IMG/VR virus record: IMGVR_UViG_3300047652_000066
Location: 1-55,356 of that record
DNA from: a virus
Taxonomy: Duplodnaviria > Caudoviricetes
Length of the DNA: 55,356 bases
Reading direction: 5' to 3' (one strand)
Position 1 is the first letter of the stretch; every line of letters starts with the position of its first letter. The notes beneath the pieces were generated by a model. It ran no database searches and was not told where the DNA came from. It worked only from the letters and a program-made list of their open reading frames with translations. The position numbers were made by a program, and so were the translations under genes. Positions 44,284 through 55,098 of this stretch are shown here, piece by piece.

Positions 44284-47200
44284 ATGGCCAATAGATCGCT
44301 AGGCACGCTGACAATTGACCTGATTGCCAAAACTGGCGGTTTCGTTCAAGGCATGGATCAGGCCGAACGTAAATCACGCAGTTGGCGTACTGCGGTGATG
44401 AATGATATTGGCTTGGCGTCAAAATCCCTTGAAAATATGGAGTTTGTCGCTAAAGATACTGCCAAAGTTCAAGAAACACTCACGAATGCCACTCAGGGCC
44501 AGAAAGCCGCTTTCGCTACATTAATGGGAATAGTGGATAATACCTCTAATTCTTTAGCGGGGTTAGAAGAACGGCAGCGCGCCATTAATACGCTGTTTGG
44601 CATGAATGCAGTCACTACGCAGGAATATTTAAATCTCACCACAGCAACTAATGCTGCAAAAAATAGTCTGGCTGAATACGAAATAGAGCAGCAAAAGTTG
44701 GCCCGGTCTCAGTCTGCGTTGGTATCTCAATTCCAGGCATTACGTAATCAATTGGACCCTACCGCAGTCGCGTTTGAAAAGATCGCAGAACAGCAGAATT
44801 TATTGTCTCAAGCGAAATCATCCGGATTAGTATCATCAGAATATTTTGAGACCTATACCGCTAAAATAAATGAAATGCGGGATGCGCTTGAAAAAAATGC
44901 ATATGCCGCGACAGCCGCAGGACAGGCACAGGCAAAAGCTGCACAGGAAGCGGCAGCGGCTGATAAACAGGCGACAGCCGCTAAAACTTCCTTTATCTCG
45001 AAATTACAAGAACAGATCAACACATTCGGTTTGGCTGGAGAAGAACTTCTCAGATATCAGGCTGCTCAACTTGGCATTACAAAAACTGCCACTCCGTTAA
45101 TCGAAAGTTTCACAAGACTTCAAGCAGAACAAAAAGCAGCAGCCGCAACTGCGGCACTGGAAGCGCAGGCACAACAGGAAGCGGCAGCGGCTGATAAGGC
45201 TTCTGAGGCGGCTAAAGCATCATTAATAGCTACATTAAAACAGCAGGTTGATACTTATGGTATGAGCCGTGCTGAAATGATGGAATACAAAGCAGCTCAG
45301 TTAGGCATAACTGAAAGTACAGCCTCGCTTATAGCGGTAATGAAAGAGCAAGAAAAAGAAACGGCTGCTGCCAGAGAGGCTGCTGCAGAAGCGGCTATGC
45401 AGCAAAAAATGTTGTCGCATGAACAAATGGGTTTCACACAATCGGTCACTGCGCAAGCTGAAGCGATTGGCAAAACCCGTTCTGAGTTTCTGGAATGGAA
45501 AGCGGCACAGTTGGGCGTCTCAGAACAAATGGCCCCTTTCATTGCCAGGATACGCGATCAAGAAAAAGCCATGGCAGGGGGCGCGGTAACGATAGGGCAA
45601 TATAAGGAAGGACTCCGATTATTGCCGATGCAAATCACCGATGTGGTTACCTCGCTTGCCTCAGGCATGCCTGTCTGGTTGATCGCCATCCAGCAAGGCG
45701 GACAGATTAGAGATTCATTCGGTGGTATAGGTAATTCTGCAAAAGCGCTCCTTAGCCTGATCAATCCTGTTACGCTTGGACTTGGCGCTATCGCTGTGGT
45801 AGGTGGGGTGCTGGCAATTGCATTTAAGCAAGGCAGTAGTGAAATGGCTGCCTACAACCAGGCAATCATTACTACCGGGAATTATGCTGGTGTTTCGGCT
45901 GATCAATTAGCTGACATGGCTAAATCAATCAGCTCAAATTTTGGTACCACAGCAAATGCTGCAACAGCTTTGACCACCGCTCTTTCTACCGGGGCGTTTG
46001 ATGGTGGGCAACTAAAGCAAGTGTCGCTGGCGGCTGTAGCGATGCAGGATACGACTGGTAAAGCTATTGACAAAACCATTGCTGAATTTCAGAAATTAGA
46101 ACAAGACCCGGTTAAAGCTTCCGCATCACTAAACGATCAATTTCATTATCTTACGGCCTCGGTATACGAGCAAATCGCCGCATTAGAACGGCATGGAAAT
46201 ACTCAGCAGGCAGCAGCCATTGCTGTCAGCGCTTACGCTACTGCCGAACTGAATGCCGCTAATGATATCAAGAGCAATATGGGCGCGCTTCAAACGGCTT
46301 GGGATGATGTAGCTAAAGCGGCTAAAAGCGCCTGGGACGCCATGTTAAATCTTGGCCGCCCGCAGACTACAACAGATAGGATAAAGGATGCTACTGACAA
46401 AGTTAACAATCTAAAGCAAAGCCTGGATGGATTAAATTCTATCGATACCTCTCAGGGCGGCATGCTTACAGGTGGCGTTGCTAACGCTAGGGCGAGGATC
46501 CAAGAGCAATTGACTGCTGCGCAAGCTGAATTGCAACAGGCTTTAGTTGATAATCAGCGAGATACCCGCAGGGCGGGTGTTAATCAGGTTCAGCAATATT
46601 ATAATGACAAAGCAATTGATTCTCAGACTAAACTTAACGCCTTAGTGCAGAAAGATTTAACAAATGCAGAATTACGGGCTCAGGAACAGAAGAAATTAAC
46701 TGATTATCTTGCTACTGGCGCAAAACTCCAGGATGGAATGACCGAAGCTCAGGCCCGTCAAAATATTAATGATAAATATAAAGATCCCGCACCTTCCAAA
46801 CTCGAAAATGCATTTACGTCTACTGAACAGGCATATAATAAACAGATTGCCCTAATTGATACAACTGGCAAGAAAAGTGTAGTTGTAACACAACTTCAAA
46901 AACTAAATTCAGATATTGCCACAGGAAAACTTGTTGGATTAAATGATGTTCAGAAGAAGCATCTTGAACAATTGGCCGAAGAAGTTGATCGGCTAAATGC
47001 CATTAGAAGGGCAAATCTGGAAAATATCAAAGTTACGGATTTTGCGGCTAATCTTCAAAAGGAAAATAATAACGCTAAACAATCTCTTAATGTAGGGATG
47101 ATAGGTTCTTATGACGGAGACCAAGAAAAAGATAGAATGAAGGAAGTGCTTGATATTCAGCAAGATTATATAAATAAACAGGCAGATATCCAAAAACAAT

Positions 47201-48006
47201 ATGAGATATCAGGAGATAAAGATTTATATGATAAAGAGACGGAAGAACTTAATAAGTCATTATCTGATAGATTAAAGATTCAGCAAGATCATTATAAAAA
47301 GGTTGATGAACTTCAAAGTAAAGGGACTGCTGGATTTATATCCGGCCTTTCGACCCAAATGGAAGCATCGATAGATCTTTATAGCAATATGCAGCATGTT
47401 GGAGCTCAGGCATTTAGTAGTTTGACAGATATGGTTATTCAATGGGCGGAAACAGGGAAATTAAATGCTAAAGATTTTGCGGGGACTTTTCTAGAATCTG
47501 TTGGATCTGCTTTATTATCCTATGCTGCGGCACAGGTCGCGATGGCTGGGCTTGAGGCATTTACCTCGATGGTTGGTGTTCCATTCGTTGGGCCAACAAT
47601 AGCGGGTCCAGCAGCCATTGCAGCAGCAGCGGCCGCCGGTGTCCTGGCGTTAGGAGTTGGTGCCGCCCTTAAAGGACAGGCCCATGATGGTATTGATTCA
47701 GTACCCGAAACCGGTACATGGTTGTTGCAGAAAGGCGAACGGGTGGTTACTTCACAAACCTCTGCCAAGTTGGATGCAACGCTGAACCGTGTAAATAAAG
47801 ACACGAATTCTGGGAATGTTGGAAATATTACATTCAACAATTCATTTAGTGGCAAACCAGATGACGCGACATTGCTTGCAATCCAGAATAGCCAGCGTCA
47901 ATCAGAGCGTCGCATCAGAGATCAATTGACGTCTGATGTGATTAATCCTCAAGGGCAATTTGGTAATGCGCTTAAAGGTTATTATTCTAGGACGCGAAAA
48001 ACTTAA
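44284..48006 (+). CDS. Tail tape measure protein
   Basis: 1240 aa Ala/Gln-rich; Q.TD.VTSLASG...QQGGQI.D.FGG. Confidence 0.93.
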   Translation: MANRSLGTLTIDLIAKTGGFVQGMDQAERKSRSWRTAVMNDIGLASKSLENMEFVAKDTAKVQETLTNATQGQKAAFATLMGIVDNTSNSLAGLEERQRAINTLFGMNAVTTQEYLNLTTATNAAKNSLAEYEIEQQKLARSQSALVSQFQALRNQLDPTAVAFEKIAEQQNLLSQAKSSGLVSSEYFETYTAKINEMRDALEKNAYAATAAGQAQAKAAQEAAAADKQATAAKTSFISKLQEQINTFGLAGEELLRYQAAQLGITKTATPLIESFTRLQAEQKAAAATAALEAQAQQEAAAADKASEAAKASLIATLKQQVDTYGMSRAEMMEYKAAQLGITESTASLIAVMKEQEKETAAAREAAAEAAMQQKMLSHEQMGFTQSVTAQAEAIGKTRSEFLEWKAAQLGVSEQMAPFIARIRDQEKAMAGGAVTIGQYKEGLRLLPMQITDVVTSLASGMPVWLIAIQQGGQIRDSFGGIGNSAKALLSLINPVTLGLGAIAVVGGVLAIAFKQGSSEMAAYNQAIITTGNYAGVSADQLADMAKSISSNFGTTANAATALTTALSTGAFDGGQLKQVSLAAVAMQDTTGKAIDKTIAEFQKLEQDPVKASASLNDQFHYLTASVYEQIAALERHGNTQQAAAIAVSAYATAELNAANDIKSNMGALQTAWDDVAKAAKSAWDAMLNLGRPQTTTDRIKDATDKVNNLKQSLDGLNSIDTSQGGMLTGGVANARARIQEQLTAAQAELQQALVDNQRDTRRAGVNQVQQYYNDKAIDSQTKLNALVQKDLTNAELRAQEQKKLTDYLATGAKLQDGMTEAQARQNINDKYKDPAPSKLENAFTSTEQAYNKQIALIDTTGKKSVVVTQLQKLNSDIATGKLVGLNDVQKKHLEQLAEEVDRLNAIRRANLENIKVTDFAANLQKENNNAKQSLNVGMIGSYDGDQEKDRMKEVLDIQQDYINKQADIQKQYEISGDKDLYDKETEELNKSLSDRLKIQQDHYKKVDELQSKGTAGFISGLSTQMEASIDLYSNMQHVGAQAFSSLTDMVIQWAETGKLNAKDFAGTFLESVGSALLSYAAAQVAMAGLEAFTSMVGVPFVGPTIAGPAAIAAAAAAGVLALGVGAALKGQAHDGIDSVPETGTWLLQKGERVVTSQTSAKLDATLNRVNKDTNSGNVGNITFNNSFSGKPDDATLLAIQNSQRQSERRIRDQLTSDVINPQGQFGNALKGYYSRTRKT

Positions 48007-48026
48007 ATCCTGCGTAGGGAAATGTA

Positions 48027-48500
48027 ATGGCTATTTCTACCAGCATAAATTATCCCGATAAATATTTGCCTATACCGTTACAGGATGGTTTCGGCTACAA
48101 ACCGGTAAGTCCGATGTTACGCACTCAGCTAACATCAGGTCGGGCTAGACAACGCCGCTTATACACATCCACACCGACGCAAGCTGATGTATCTTGGTTA
48201 TTCAATGAGGGCCAATCCCAATTATTCGAAGCTTGGTATCGAGAAACTATTTCTGATGGCGCGGCCTGGTTCAACATGAAGATACGGGCACCGACTGGAA
48301 TATATGATCGGGTCTGTCGGTTTACCGATATCTATGAAGGACCGACTTTAACGGGTGGAAAATATTGGCAGTACAGCGCAACGCTTGAACTATGGGAACG
48401 ACCTTTAGTTATGCCTGGGTATGCTGATGCAGCTCCGGGATTTGTGGTGCAGCAGGATATCTTTGATCTGGCAATGAATAGGGAGTGGCCAAAAGCATGA
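48027..48500 (+). CDS. Distal/minor tail protein
   Basis: RTQL.SGRARQRR.Y...FEAWY...DGAAWF. Confidence 0.75.
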   Translation: MAISTSINYPDKYLPIPLQDGFGYKPVSPMLRTQLTSGRARQRRLYTSTPTQADVSWLFNEGQSQLFEAWYRETISDGAAWFNMKIRAPTGIYDRVCRFTDIYEGPTLTGGKYWQYSATLELWERPLVMPGYADAAPGFVVQQDIFDLAMNREWPKA

Positions 48501-48979
48501 CGGTACTCAACAGACTTTATGCCAGCAGCGGATCAGAGGCTATTATCGAAACCCTGCAAATTGTCGTGGGCAGTAATACATATTGGCTGACAAAAGGCTG
48601 GGACGACATTACCGCTAAACTCGAAGATGGCACTACCCATACGTTTACCGCATGTGGTATCGATATTGCGCTGCCAGCCAGGAATGCCGATGGTACACAA
48701 GATTTGAAATTTGCTATCTGTAATATCGATGGGACGGTTTCAACCGCTATTCGCAATGCCCTGGATGCTTTGAGCACTGCGAGAATAACCTACAGAAATT
48801 TTATCTCAACTGATCTGACGGCACCTGCATCTAAACCTTTTACTTTGACAATCAAATCCGGCTATTGGACAGCAACCGAAGTCCAGTTAACCGCTGGATA
48901 TATGAATTTTCTTGATACGGCGTGGCCGCGCTACCGCTATACGCTGCCAGAACATCCCGGGCTGCGTTACATCAGTTAA
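48497..48979 (+). CDS. DUF1833 minor tail protein
   Basis: LNRLYASSG...I.LPA...G.QDL.F...PGL.Y. Confidence 0.8.
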   Translation: MTVLNRLYASSGSEAIIETLQIVVGSNTYWLTKGWDDITAKLEDGTTHTFTACGIDIALPARNADGTQDLKFAICNIDGTVSTAIRNALDALSTARITYRNFISTDLTAPASKPFTLTIKSGYWTATEVQLTAGYMNFLDTAWPRYRYTLPEHPGLRYIS

Positions 48980-48988
48980 GGGCTTTCA

Positions 48989-49369
48989 ATGATCAATCCT
49001 GATAAATACCTGACTGTCACTTGGCAGATGGGTGGACGAGTCTTTCCTGTACTTGATTGTTATGGGTTAGTCCATGAAATTCGCCGGGATCTTGAATTAC
49101 CAGAATGGCCGGCCTTCGAGGGCATTATCAAAGAAGGCGAGGCCATGAATAAAGCGTGCAATGATTTCAGACCAAATGTAGTTAGCTGCCAGCCTGAAGA
49201 GGGCGCCGTTGCCGCCTGCTATACCGGCAGAATGATAGGCCATCTTGGAATCGTCGTTTTAATTGAAAGGCAGCTTTGTGTTGCTGAGTGCAACCCGCGA
49301 AAAAACGTGACCTTTTTGCCTCTCCAACGATTTGAACGTCAGTATTTCAAAGTGGAGTATTACCATTGA
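48989..49369 (+). CDS. NlpC/P60-like tail assembly protein
   Basis: GGR..P.LDCYGLV...H.GIV. Confidence 0.75.
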   Translation: MINPDKYLTVTWQMGGRVFPVLDCYGLVHEIRRDLELPEWPAFEGIIKEGEAMNKACNDFRPNVVSCQPEEGAVAACYTGRMIGHLGIVVLIERQLCVAECNPRKNVTFLPLQRFERQYFKVEYYH

Positions 49370-52122
49370 CCATTCGTATTTATCCCTCGCGTCTACCAGG
49401 CGAACCGCTGGAAACGCACGAACATGAATCGATGACGCTGGACCAGTGGTTTACTCAGAATGTCCGCAATTACCGGAATGACATGGTTCATCCCGTAGTA
49501 GCAGTTGTGAACGGGCGAAGTATACCGCCGGCGGAATGGCCACTTTGCCATATCGAGCCAGATAACGATGTCCGTTTATATCCTGTACCCGCTGGCATCG
49601 CTGCTGTACCGGCATGGGCTGTTTGGACCGCTATTGCTGTTACTGTCGCTGCTGCAGCGTATTCTATCTATATGATGAGCCAGATCAGTACTGGCAGCTA
49701 TTCATCCAGCACCGGTGCTTCATTAGATCTTAACCCGGCTAAAGCCAATACGGCAAAGCTTGGGGATCCAATTAGAGAAGTATTCGGACGCCGTAAAATT
49801 TATCCCGATTATCTTATGCAGCCGGTTGGGCGCTTTGATCCCAATAATCCCGAGAACTACATGGTACAAATGCTCATCAGCCTCGGGGTGGGAAATTTCT
49901 CTTTTTCGGCTGGCGACATCAGGGTAGGAGATACCCCTATCAACTCCCTCGGTGGTGACTTCAATTATGCTGTCTATGGCCCGGGTGCAAACGTGGCCGG
50001 CGACGAACGCAGCGAAAACTGGTTCACTTCGACAGAAGTGGGCGGAGCTTCTTCTAGTTCTGGTTTGGATATGGGCACAACCTCACCTGATACTGATGCT
50101 ATCTTGGCGGACTCCTTATCTGTTGCTGGGGACTCAGTGACATTTAATGGGCTGGATGTCGACGATAATGATAATAGCGATCCTGATGACAATAAATTGC
50201 CAGGATCATGGGTCGTCGGGGCAACTGTAAATCTGATTATCCCGGATAATATTTTGGTTTCAGTCGAGGGACAATATAATCGATTCACCAGCGACAATTT
50301 GATGGAGTTAGCTGCATTCGTTGGCATGCCGGTGACGCTCAGCTACAACGGCGTAAATTACTATCTGGTTGTTGCCTCGTACACACCTCATAGCGAAACC
50401 ACGGACCCTAGTTCGGGTGAGGTGACTATTACTACCGCCAGTTTAACTTTGGCATATAACAGTGCAACAGGAACGGCATTTTACGGCGTTCCTGCCGGCA
50501 CTCAACGTGTTGCCATATCTTACCTTAGTTATGAATATCGGCTTTTGACCGTTGACGGTACGACAGTGACTGTTTCCCGTCTGGTTAATGGCGCAATTGA
50601 TGAAACCTGGCCTGGCTTTTCTTCGCGCACTGCATTGGATTTCTCTGCGTCCGGAATCAATGGCAATGATGCATGGCTTGGACCATTCCTTGCGTGTCCC
50701 GAAAATGAAACAGTTGATTGTTTCGAAGTAAATTTCTCCTATCCAAACGGACTTTGTGGTTTTGACAGTAAAGGTAACAAGCAGATCAGGCATACCGGCG
50801 TTGATGTTCAATATCGGGTTTATGGCTCCGGTGGAGATTGGCAGATTGCATCATTTCAATATGCAGAAAAAAATGTCAACGGTTTGGGATTTACCCAGCG
50901 CATTTATCTGTCAACACCTGGGCTGGTTGAAGTCAGGGTAAGGCGCCAGAATGAGCAGGGAAGCAATAATTCACGCGACAATGCTTATTGGCAATCCCTG
51001 TGTGGCAGGCTAGCCACTCGTCCTGCATCCTATGCCGACATCACGACCATGGCGGTCAGCGTAGTCACTGGTGGAAAACTGGCGGCACAATCCGATAGGC
51101 GTATCAATGTCGTGGCTACCCGCAACTATGACACTGGCGGTGACCGCACTATCAGCGGTGCTTTTTATCACGTTGCCCGCAGTCTGGGATTTAGCGACAG
51201 TCAGATAGACAGGGCGACGATTGACGCTCTCGAATCAAACATGTGGTCACCGCGGGGCGAATATTTTGATTACTCAGCTGAGAGCGACAGCACAACAGCG
51301 TTGGATATATTGCAAAAAATAACAAACTCCGGGATGGGATATTGCCTTCTGACCGATGGGTTGCTTTCAGCTGGCCGAGAAGGGGTGAAAGGTTGGGTTG
51401 GAGTGATTACGCCGCAGGAAACCACGGAAGAAATGCAGACAGCGTTTAAAGCTCCATCGGAGGATGATTATGATGGAGTAGATGTGACCTACATCAACGG
51501 CACAACATGGGCAGAAGAAACCGTCCAATGCCGAATGCCTGGTAACCCGACGCCGCGAAAAATCGAAGCCTATACGCTTGATGGCGTCCTTGATCAGAAC
51601 CGCGCATATCGCATAGGCATGCGCCGGCTGATGGGCTATTACTATCAACGTCTGACACACACAGCCAGTATGGAACTGGATCCGCTCTGTTATCAGTACA
51701 TGGATCGCCTGGTACTTACCGATGATATCCCAGGCAATCAGACCATAAGTTGCCTTATTATAGGTAGTGAAATCAACGGCAATATCACCACACTGCATGT
51801 TAGTGAGCCTCTCGACTGGTCGTTTCCAAATCCGCGGGTACTCGTTCGCTTGCAAGATGGTGTTGCCAGCGAGTTGTTTATACCAACACGTATCGATGAC
51901 CATACCCTGACAGTTCCCCAAGCGATACAGTTTTATGAAAACAATGATCCATACATCGAACCTCCGCGGTTGATTTTCTGCAGCTCGGCACGGGTTGGTT
52001 ATGATGGCCTGGCGACGGAAATTGCGCCTTCTTCTGACGGGACCAGCCAAGTCACCTGTGCACAATATGACGTGCGAAAATATCAATATGACGATGCCGT
52101 TTATCCCGGCAACGTAAGTTAA
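49366..52122 (+). CDS. Tail tip / host-specificity protein (J-like)
   Basis: N.AKLGDPIREVFG, AYRIGMRR; position; terminator 52125-52148. Confidence 0.85.
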   Translation: MTIRIYPSRLPGEPLETHEHESMTLDQWFTQNVRNYRNDMVHPVVAVVNGRSIPPAEWPLCHIEPDNDVRLYPVPAGIAAVPAWAVWTAIAVTVAAAAYSIYMMSQISTGSYSSSTGASLDLNPAKANTAKLGDPIREVFGRRKIYPDYLMQPVGRFDPNNPENYMVQMLISLGVGNFSFSAGDIRVGDTPINSLGGDFNYAVYGPGANVAGDERSENWFTSTEVGGASSSSGLDMGTTSPDTDAILADSLSVAGDSVTFNGLDVDDNDNSDPDDNKLPGSWVVGATVNLIIPDNILVSVEGQYNRFTSDNLMELAAFVGMPVTLSYNGVNYYLVVASYTPHSETTDPSSGEVTITTASLTLAYNSATGTAFYGVPAGTQRVAISYLSYEYRLLTVDGTTVTVSRLVNGAIDETWPGFSSRTALDFSASGINGNDAWLGPFLACPENETVDCFEVNFSYPNGLCGFDSKGNKQIRHTGVDVQYRVYGSGGDWQIASFQYAEKNVNGLGFTQRIYLSTPGLVEVRVRRQNEQGSNNSRDNAYWQSLCGRLATRPASYADITTMAVSVVTGGKLAAQSDRRINVVATRNYDTGGDRTISGAFYHVARSLGFSDSQIDRATIDALESNMWSPRGEYFDYSAESDSTTALDILQKITNSGMGYCLLTDGLLSAGREGVKGWVGVITPQETTEEMQTAFKAPSEDDYDGVDVTYINGTTWAEETVQCRMPGNPTPRKIEAYTLDGVLDQNRAYRIGMRRLMGYYYQRLTHTASMELDPLCYQYMDRLVLTDDIPGNQTISCLIIGSEINGNITTLHVSEPLDWSFPNPRVLVRLQDGVASELFIPTRIDDHTLTVPQAIQFYENNDPYIEPPRLIFCSSARVGYDGLATEIAPSSDGTSQVTCAQYDVRKYQYDDAVYPGNVS

Positions 52123-52163
52123 CCAAACCTGCCTCGGCGGGTTTTTTTATTTCTGGAGTATTC

Positions 52164-53960
52164 ATGGCCACTTACAATACCGGCAATGCGCTGGGATCTA
52201 CCGATGCGCGTGATTTGAGCGATAACGCTCAAAATTTGGACAAGGCCGTAAATGGGACGGATGAAAAATGGACGGATCGTTTAGGTAGGCAACGAGCTGC
52301 ACTTGTAGCCATAGACAATGTTATTTCATCTTTAGATGTCGCTAATTTTACATTTGACAGTAAAGAACTCGGTTTGGCAGCTACCACATCGGGACAATAT
52401 TTCCGTGTCCCCCAAGGAGCGGATGCGGATATCTCATTTATTTATTATAAAAATTCAAATGGTCAAGCTGAAAGTGTTGCTGTTCTATCTGGCAAAGCAG
52501 CTGTGGATGCTGTGGCCGCTGACATAGCCAATCTCACAGAAACCATTGATGATGATGCCAATATCGTAAATGCCATGGGTGGTTTCATAGATTTAAAAGG
52601 ACAATTGGCGCTTTATTTCAATCAACTGGGCCAGGTAGTTCTTGGCGAAAATAATGTCAATGTTAATGAATCATTAAAAACTTTGTTTGTCAATATCAAT
52701 TCAAATTTGGATTCAATCAATACCATTCTGACTAGGATATTATTTTTATCACAACAAGATACGGATGAACTTTGGGGTGTTATAGATAACGCAAATATGT
52801 CACCTATTTACTTAACAACTGACGGCTACGTTATCATTAATACCATCAATGTGTTTTCTGAAATTACATCCATATTATCAAGATTTTCTAATTATGATGC
52901 CTTGTATTTCTCTTCTGATGAATATGTGCAAAAGGGAGGGATGATAAGTGACGATGGTAAATTATTATTCTATTTTAATGATAATGGAGAGTTGATTCTT
53001 GGTGATGGGGATCTTAACGTCACGCAATTTATCAAAGATGGTGGCATTTCTAACGCAATAATCACTCAACTAACAGCCACCATTAATAAATATACCGAAG
53101 GAAATATTGCTGTGTCCGGATGGGGTGATTCCTTGATGGCAGGGGCCGGGTCTGGCCCACAAGGTGGGATTATGGAACAGTTGCAGGTTGAGTTCCCATC
53201 CGTGCCCATGTACAAATTCGCCGTTGGCGGACAGGGCTCCATGGACATAGCAACACGTCAGGGCGGATATTATAACTTTTTGACACTCGACGGGAATGCT
53301 ATACCTGCAACCGTTACGCCTGTTACCGTTACGGCTTGCACGCAAACTCCGATTACAAGTCAAGGCCCAAGTATTGGTTCGGATAAAGCAATGATAGGAA
53401 GTTTAAAAGGAATCCAAGGAAAGCTTATTGCTACATTCGATGCTGATGGAAATCGTCTGACATTAACCTTTACAAGGACAACCGCGGGCGACACGGTTGT
53501 TGTGGAACCCGTTACACCTTTTATTATTCCGCCAACTGAAAGAGATTATGATATATGTATCTTCCAGTACGGTAGGAATGATGTTAAAAAAGATGGCGCT
53601 AAAGCTATTATAATGGATGCTTTGGCTGCTTCTATTGCTAAGCTCAAAGCGTTGAATAAAAAATTTCTCATTAATTCTGTATTGCAAGACACGGCAGATC
53701 ACATAGGAACTACAATCTATTCTGTAATTCTTGATATTAATAATTCTTTAAAGATGACATATCCAGAAGAATATGTTGAGACAAGAATGGCATTGATACG
53801 TGCATATGACCCAACTAATGCACAGGACGTAATCGATGTTGGCAATGATGTAACGCCATCCTCGTTGCGAAGCGATACCACACATTTAAACAGCGCTGGC
53901 TATCGGATAGTCATGCTTGAAGACAAAAAAGCTCTTATCCAACGAGGGTTATTATCATGA
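52164..53960 (+). CDS. Tailspike with C-terminal SGNH hydrolase
   Basis: Anchor YNTGN.LGS.D.RDL.DNA.NLD; blocks WGDSL, GG, GRND, DTTH. Confidence 0.82.
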   Translation: MATYNTGNALGSTDARDLSDNAQNLDKAVNGTDEKWTDRLGRQRAALVAIDNVISSLDVANFTFDSKELGLAATTSGQYFRVPQGADADISFIYYKNSNGQAESVAVLSGKAAVDAVAADIANLTETIDDDANIVNAMGGFIDLKGQLALYFNQLGQVVLGENNVNVNESLKTLFVNINSNLDSINTILTRILFLSQQDTDELWGVIDNANMSPIYLTTDGYVIINTINVFSEITSILSRFSNYDALYFSSDEYVQKGGMISDDGKLLFYFNDNGELILGDGDLNVTQFIKDGGISNAIITQLTATINKYTEGNIAVSGWGDSLMAGAGSGPQGGIMEQLQVEFPSVPMYKFAVGGQGSMDIATRQGGYYNFLTLDGNAIPATVTPVTVTACTQTPITSQGPSIGSDKAMIGSLKGIQGKLIATFDADGNRLTLTFTRTTAGDTVVVEPVTPFIIPPTERDYDICIFQYGRNDVKKDGAKAIIMDALAASIAKLKALNKKFLINSVLQDTADHIGTTIYSVILDINNSLKMTYPEEYVETRMALIRAYDPTNAQDVIDVGNDVTPSSLRSDTTHLNSAGYRIVMLEDKKALIQRGLLS

Positions 53961-54772
53961 GTAATACATTTTTCAGAGTCGCCACCACCTTCAATAACCC
54001 CAATTTGACGAAATTGTCTAGGGATTTGATTATCAATGACGATACGCGATTTGTTTTAGATTTTGGAAAAGCTTACTGCTATCCTGCGCAAGTCGATCCT
54101 ATTCCATCGGGAACAAATCTGCCCAGCTTGGTAGACGGATCTGGTAATGCGCAGACGTTGACGGCCGCCGGAACAAGCATTAACTTTATACAGGCCGAAA
54201 GCGCGATTAAGCTCAATCCCTTGCAACCCGGAAACGGAGTCAATTGCCTCGTCAAACTTCCACCTGCTGCGATTTTTACCGGGACAACAAAAGGCTTCCT
54301 GATTGTTTGTTGGTTTACGCAACACACCCCAGCAACTTTATCTGATAATAATGTTGTATTGGGATATGCATTCCAAAATGGCACTTATTGCCAGTATTTG
54401 ATACAGCATAAAGCGAGCACCAATATTTACATTATCCGTTGCAATGGCGCAACTGTTGCAGATCTCGTTCCAGCGCCAGCTGAAGGAGCTCTCGTTCAAT
54501 TTGCTATCAGCTATAACTATGCAGATGGAAGAGCTGACTTTTATAGGAATGGCACTTTGGTCGGTGGAACGAATACCCATACCGGAGCTCTGAACGATCC
54601 TTTAGCAGGAAATGCAAACCAGATTCCTTCCCTTGGCATTGCAGGCGCATTTACACAAGGATGGGACGGTAAAGTCAAACGCGTATGGGCTGATGAATCT
54701 GCAAATACAAATCACGCCGCTAGGGTGCTGGCTGATTACAATGCCAATCTTAGCCGTTTGTCTGCTGCGTAA
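53957..54772 (+). CDS. LamG/ConA-like beta-sandwich spike partner
   Basis: FAISY...FYRNG.LVG...LG...WDG.V; ATGA-coupled to the spike. Confidence 0.6.
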   Translation: MSNTFFRVATTFNNPNLTKLSRDLIINDDTRFVLDFGKAYCYPAQVDPIPSGTNLPSLVDGSGNAQTLTAAGTSINFIQAESAIKLNPLQPGNGVNCLVKLPPAAIFTGTTKGFLIVCWFTQHTPATLSDNNVVLGYAFQNGTYCQYLIQHKASTNIYIIRCNGATVADLVPAPAEGALVQFAISYNYADGRADFYRNGTLVGGTNTHTGALNDPLAGNANQIPSLGIAGAFTQGWDGKVKRVWADESANTNHAARVLADYNANLSRLSAA

Positions 54773-55001
54773 GCAGCCGTGCCCGTAATTATAAAGCCAT
54801 AGTTTTTCGTCTAAAAAAGGGCCATCGCTGGCCCGCAAAGAGATTCCCGACAGGGAGCCGTAAGATAGCGGGCATGTACGCCGCTGGCAACTCGGTTGCT
54901 CTGGATTGCGGGACCGCCGCAAAATTTAATCTCTCCATGTCTCAATGAATTGCATTTATTTCTCGTTTCGCTCCTTCACAAATCCTACCTGAAGGCATAG
55001 C

Positions 55002-55017
55002 CTGTATGCATATACAG
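55002..55017. promoter_or_regulatory. LexA (SOS) box
   Basis: CTGTATGCATATACAG (CTGT-N8-ACAG), overlapping a minus-strand TTGATG...TACTGT promoter. Confidence 0.75.
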
Positions 55018-55098
55018 TAGTTTGTATATGACCATGCATCAAAGCTTCCTCTCGCAGGAAGTTTTGCTCTTATCGACAGCACCATCTGGAGGTAGGCT

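Noticed and set aside
44940-45200. Repeat CAGGAAGCGGCAGCGGCTGATAA in the tape measure gene
   Set aside because: Ordinary internal tape-measure duplication
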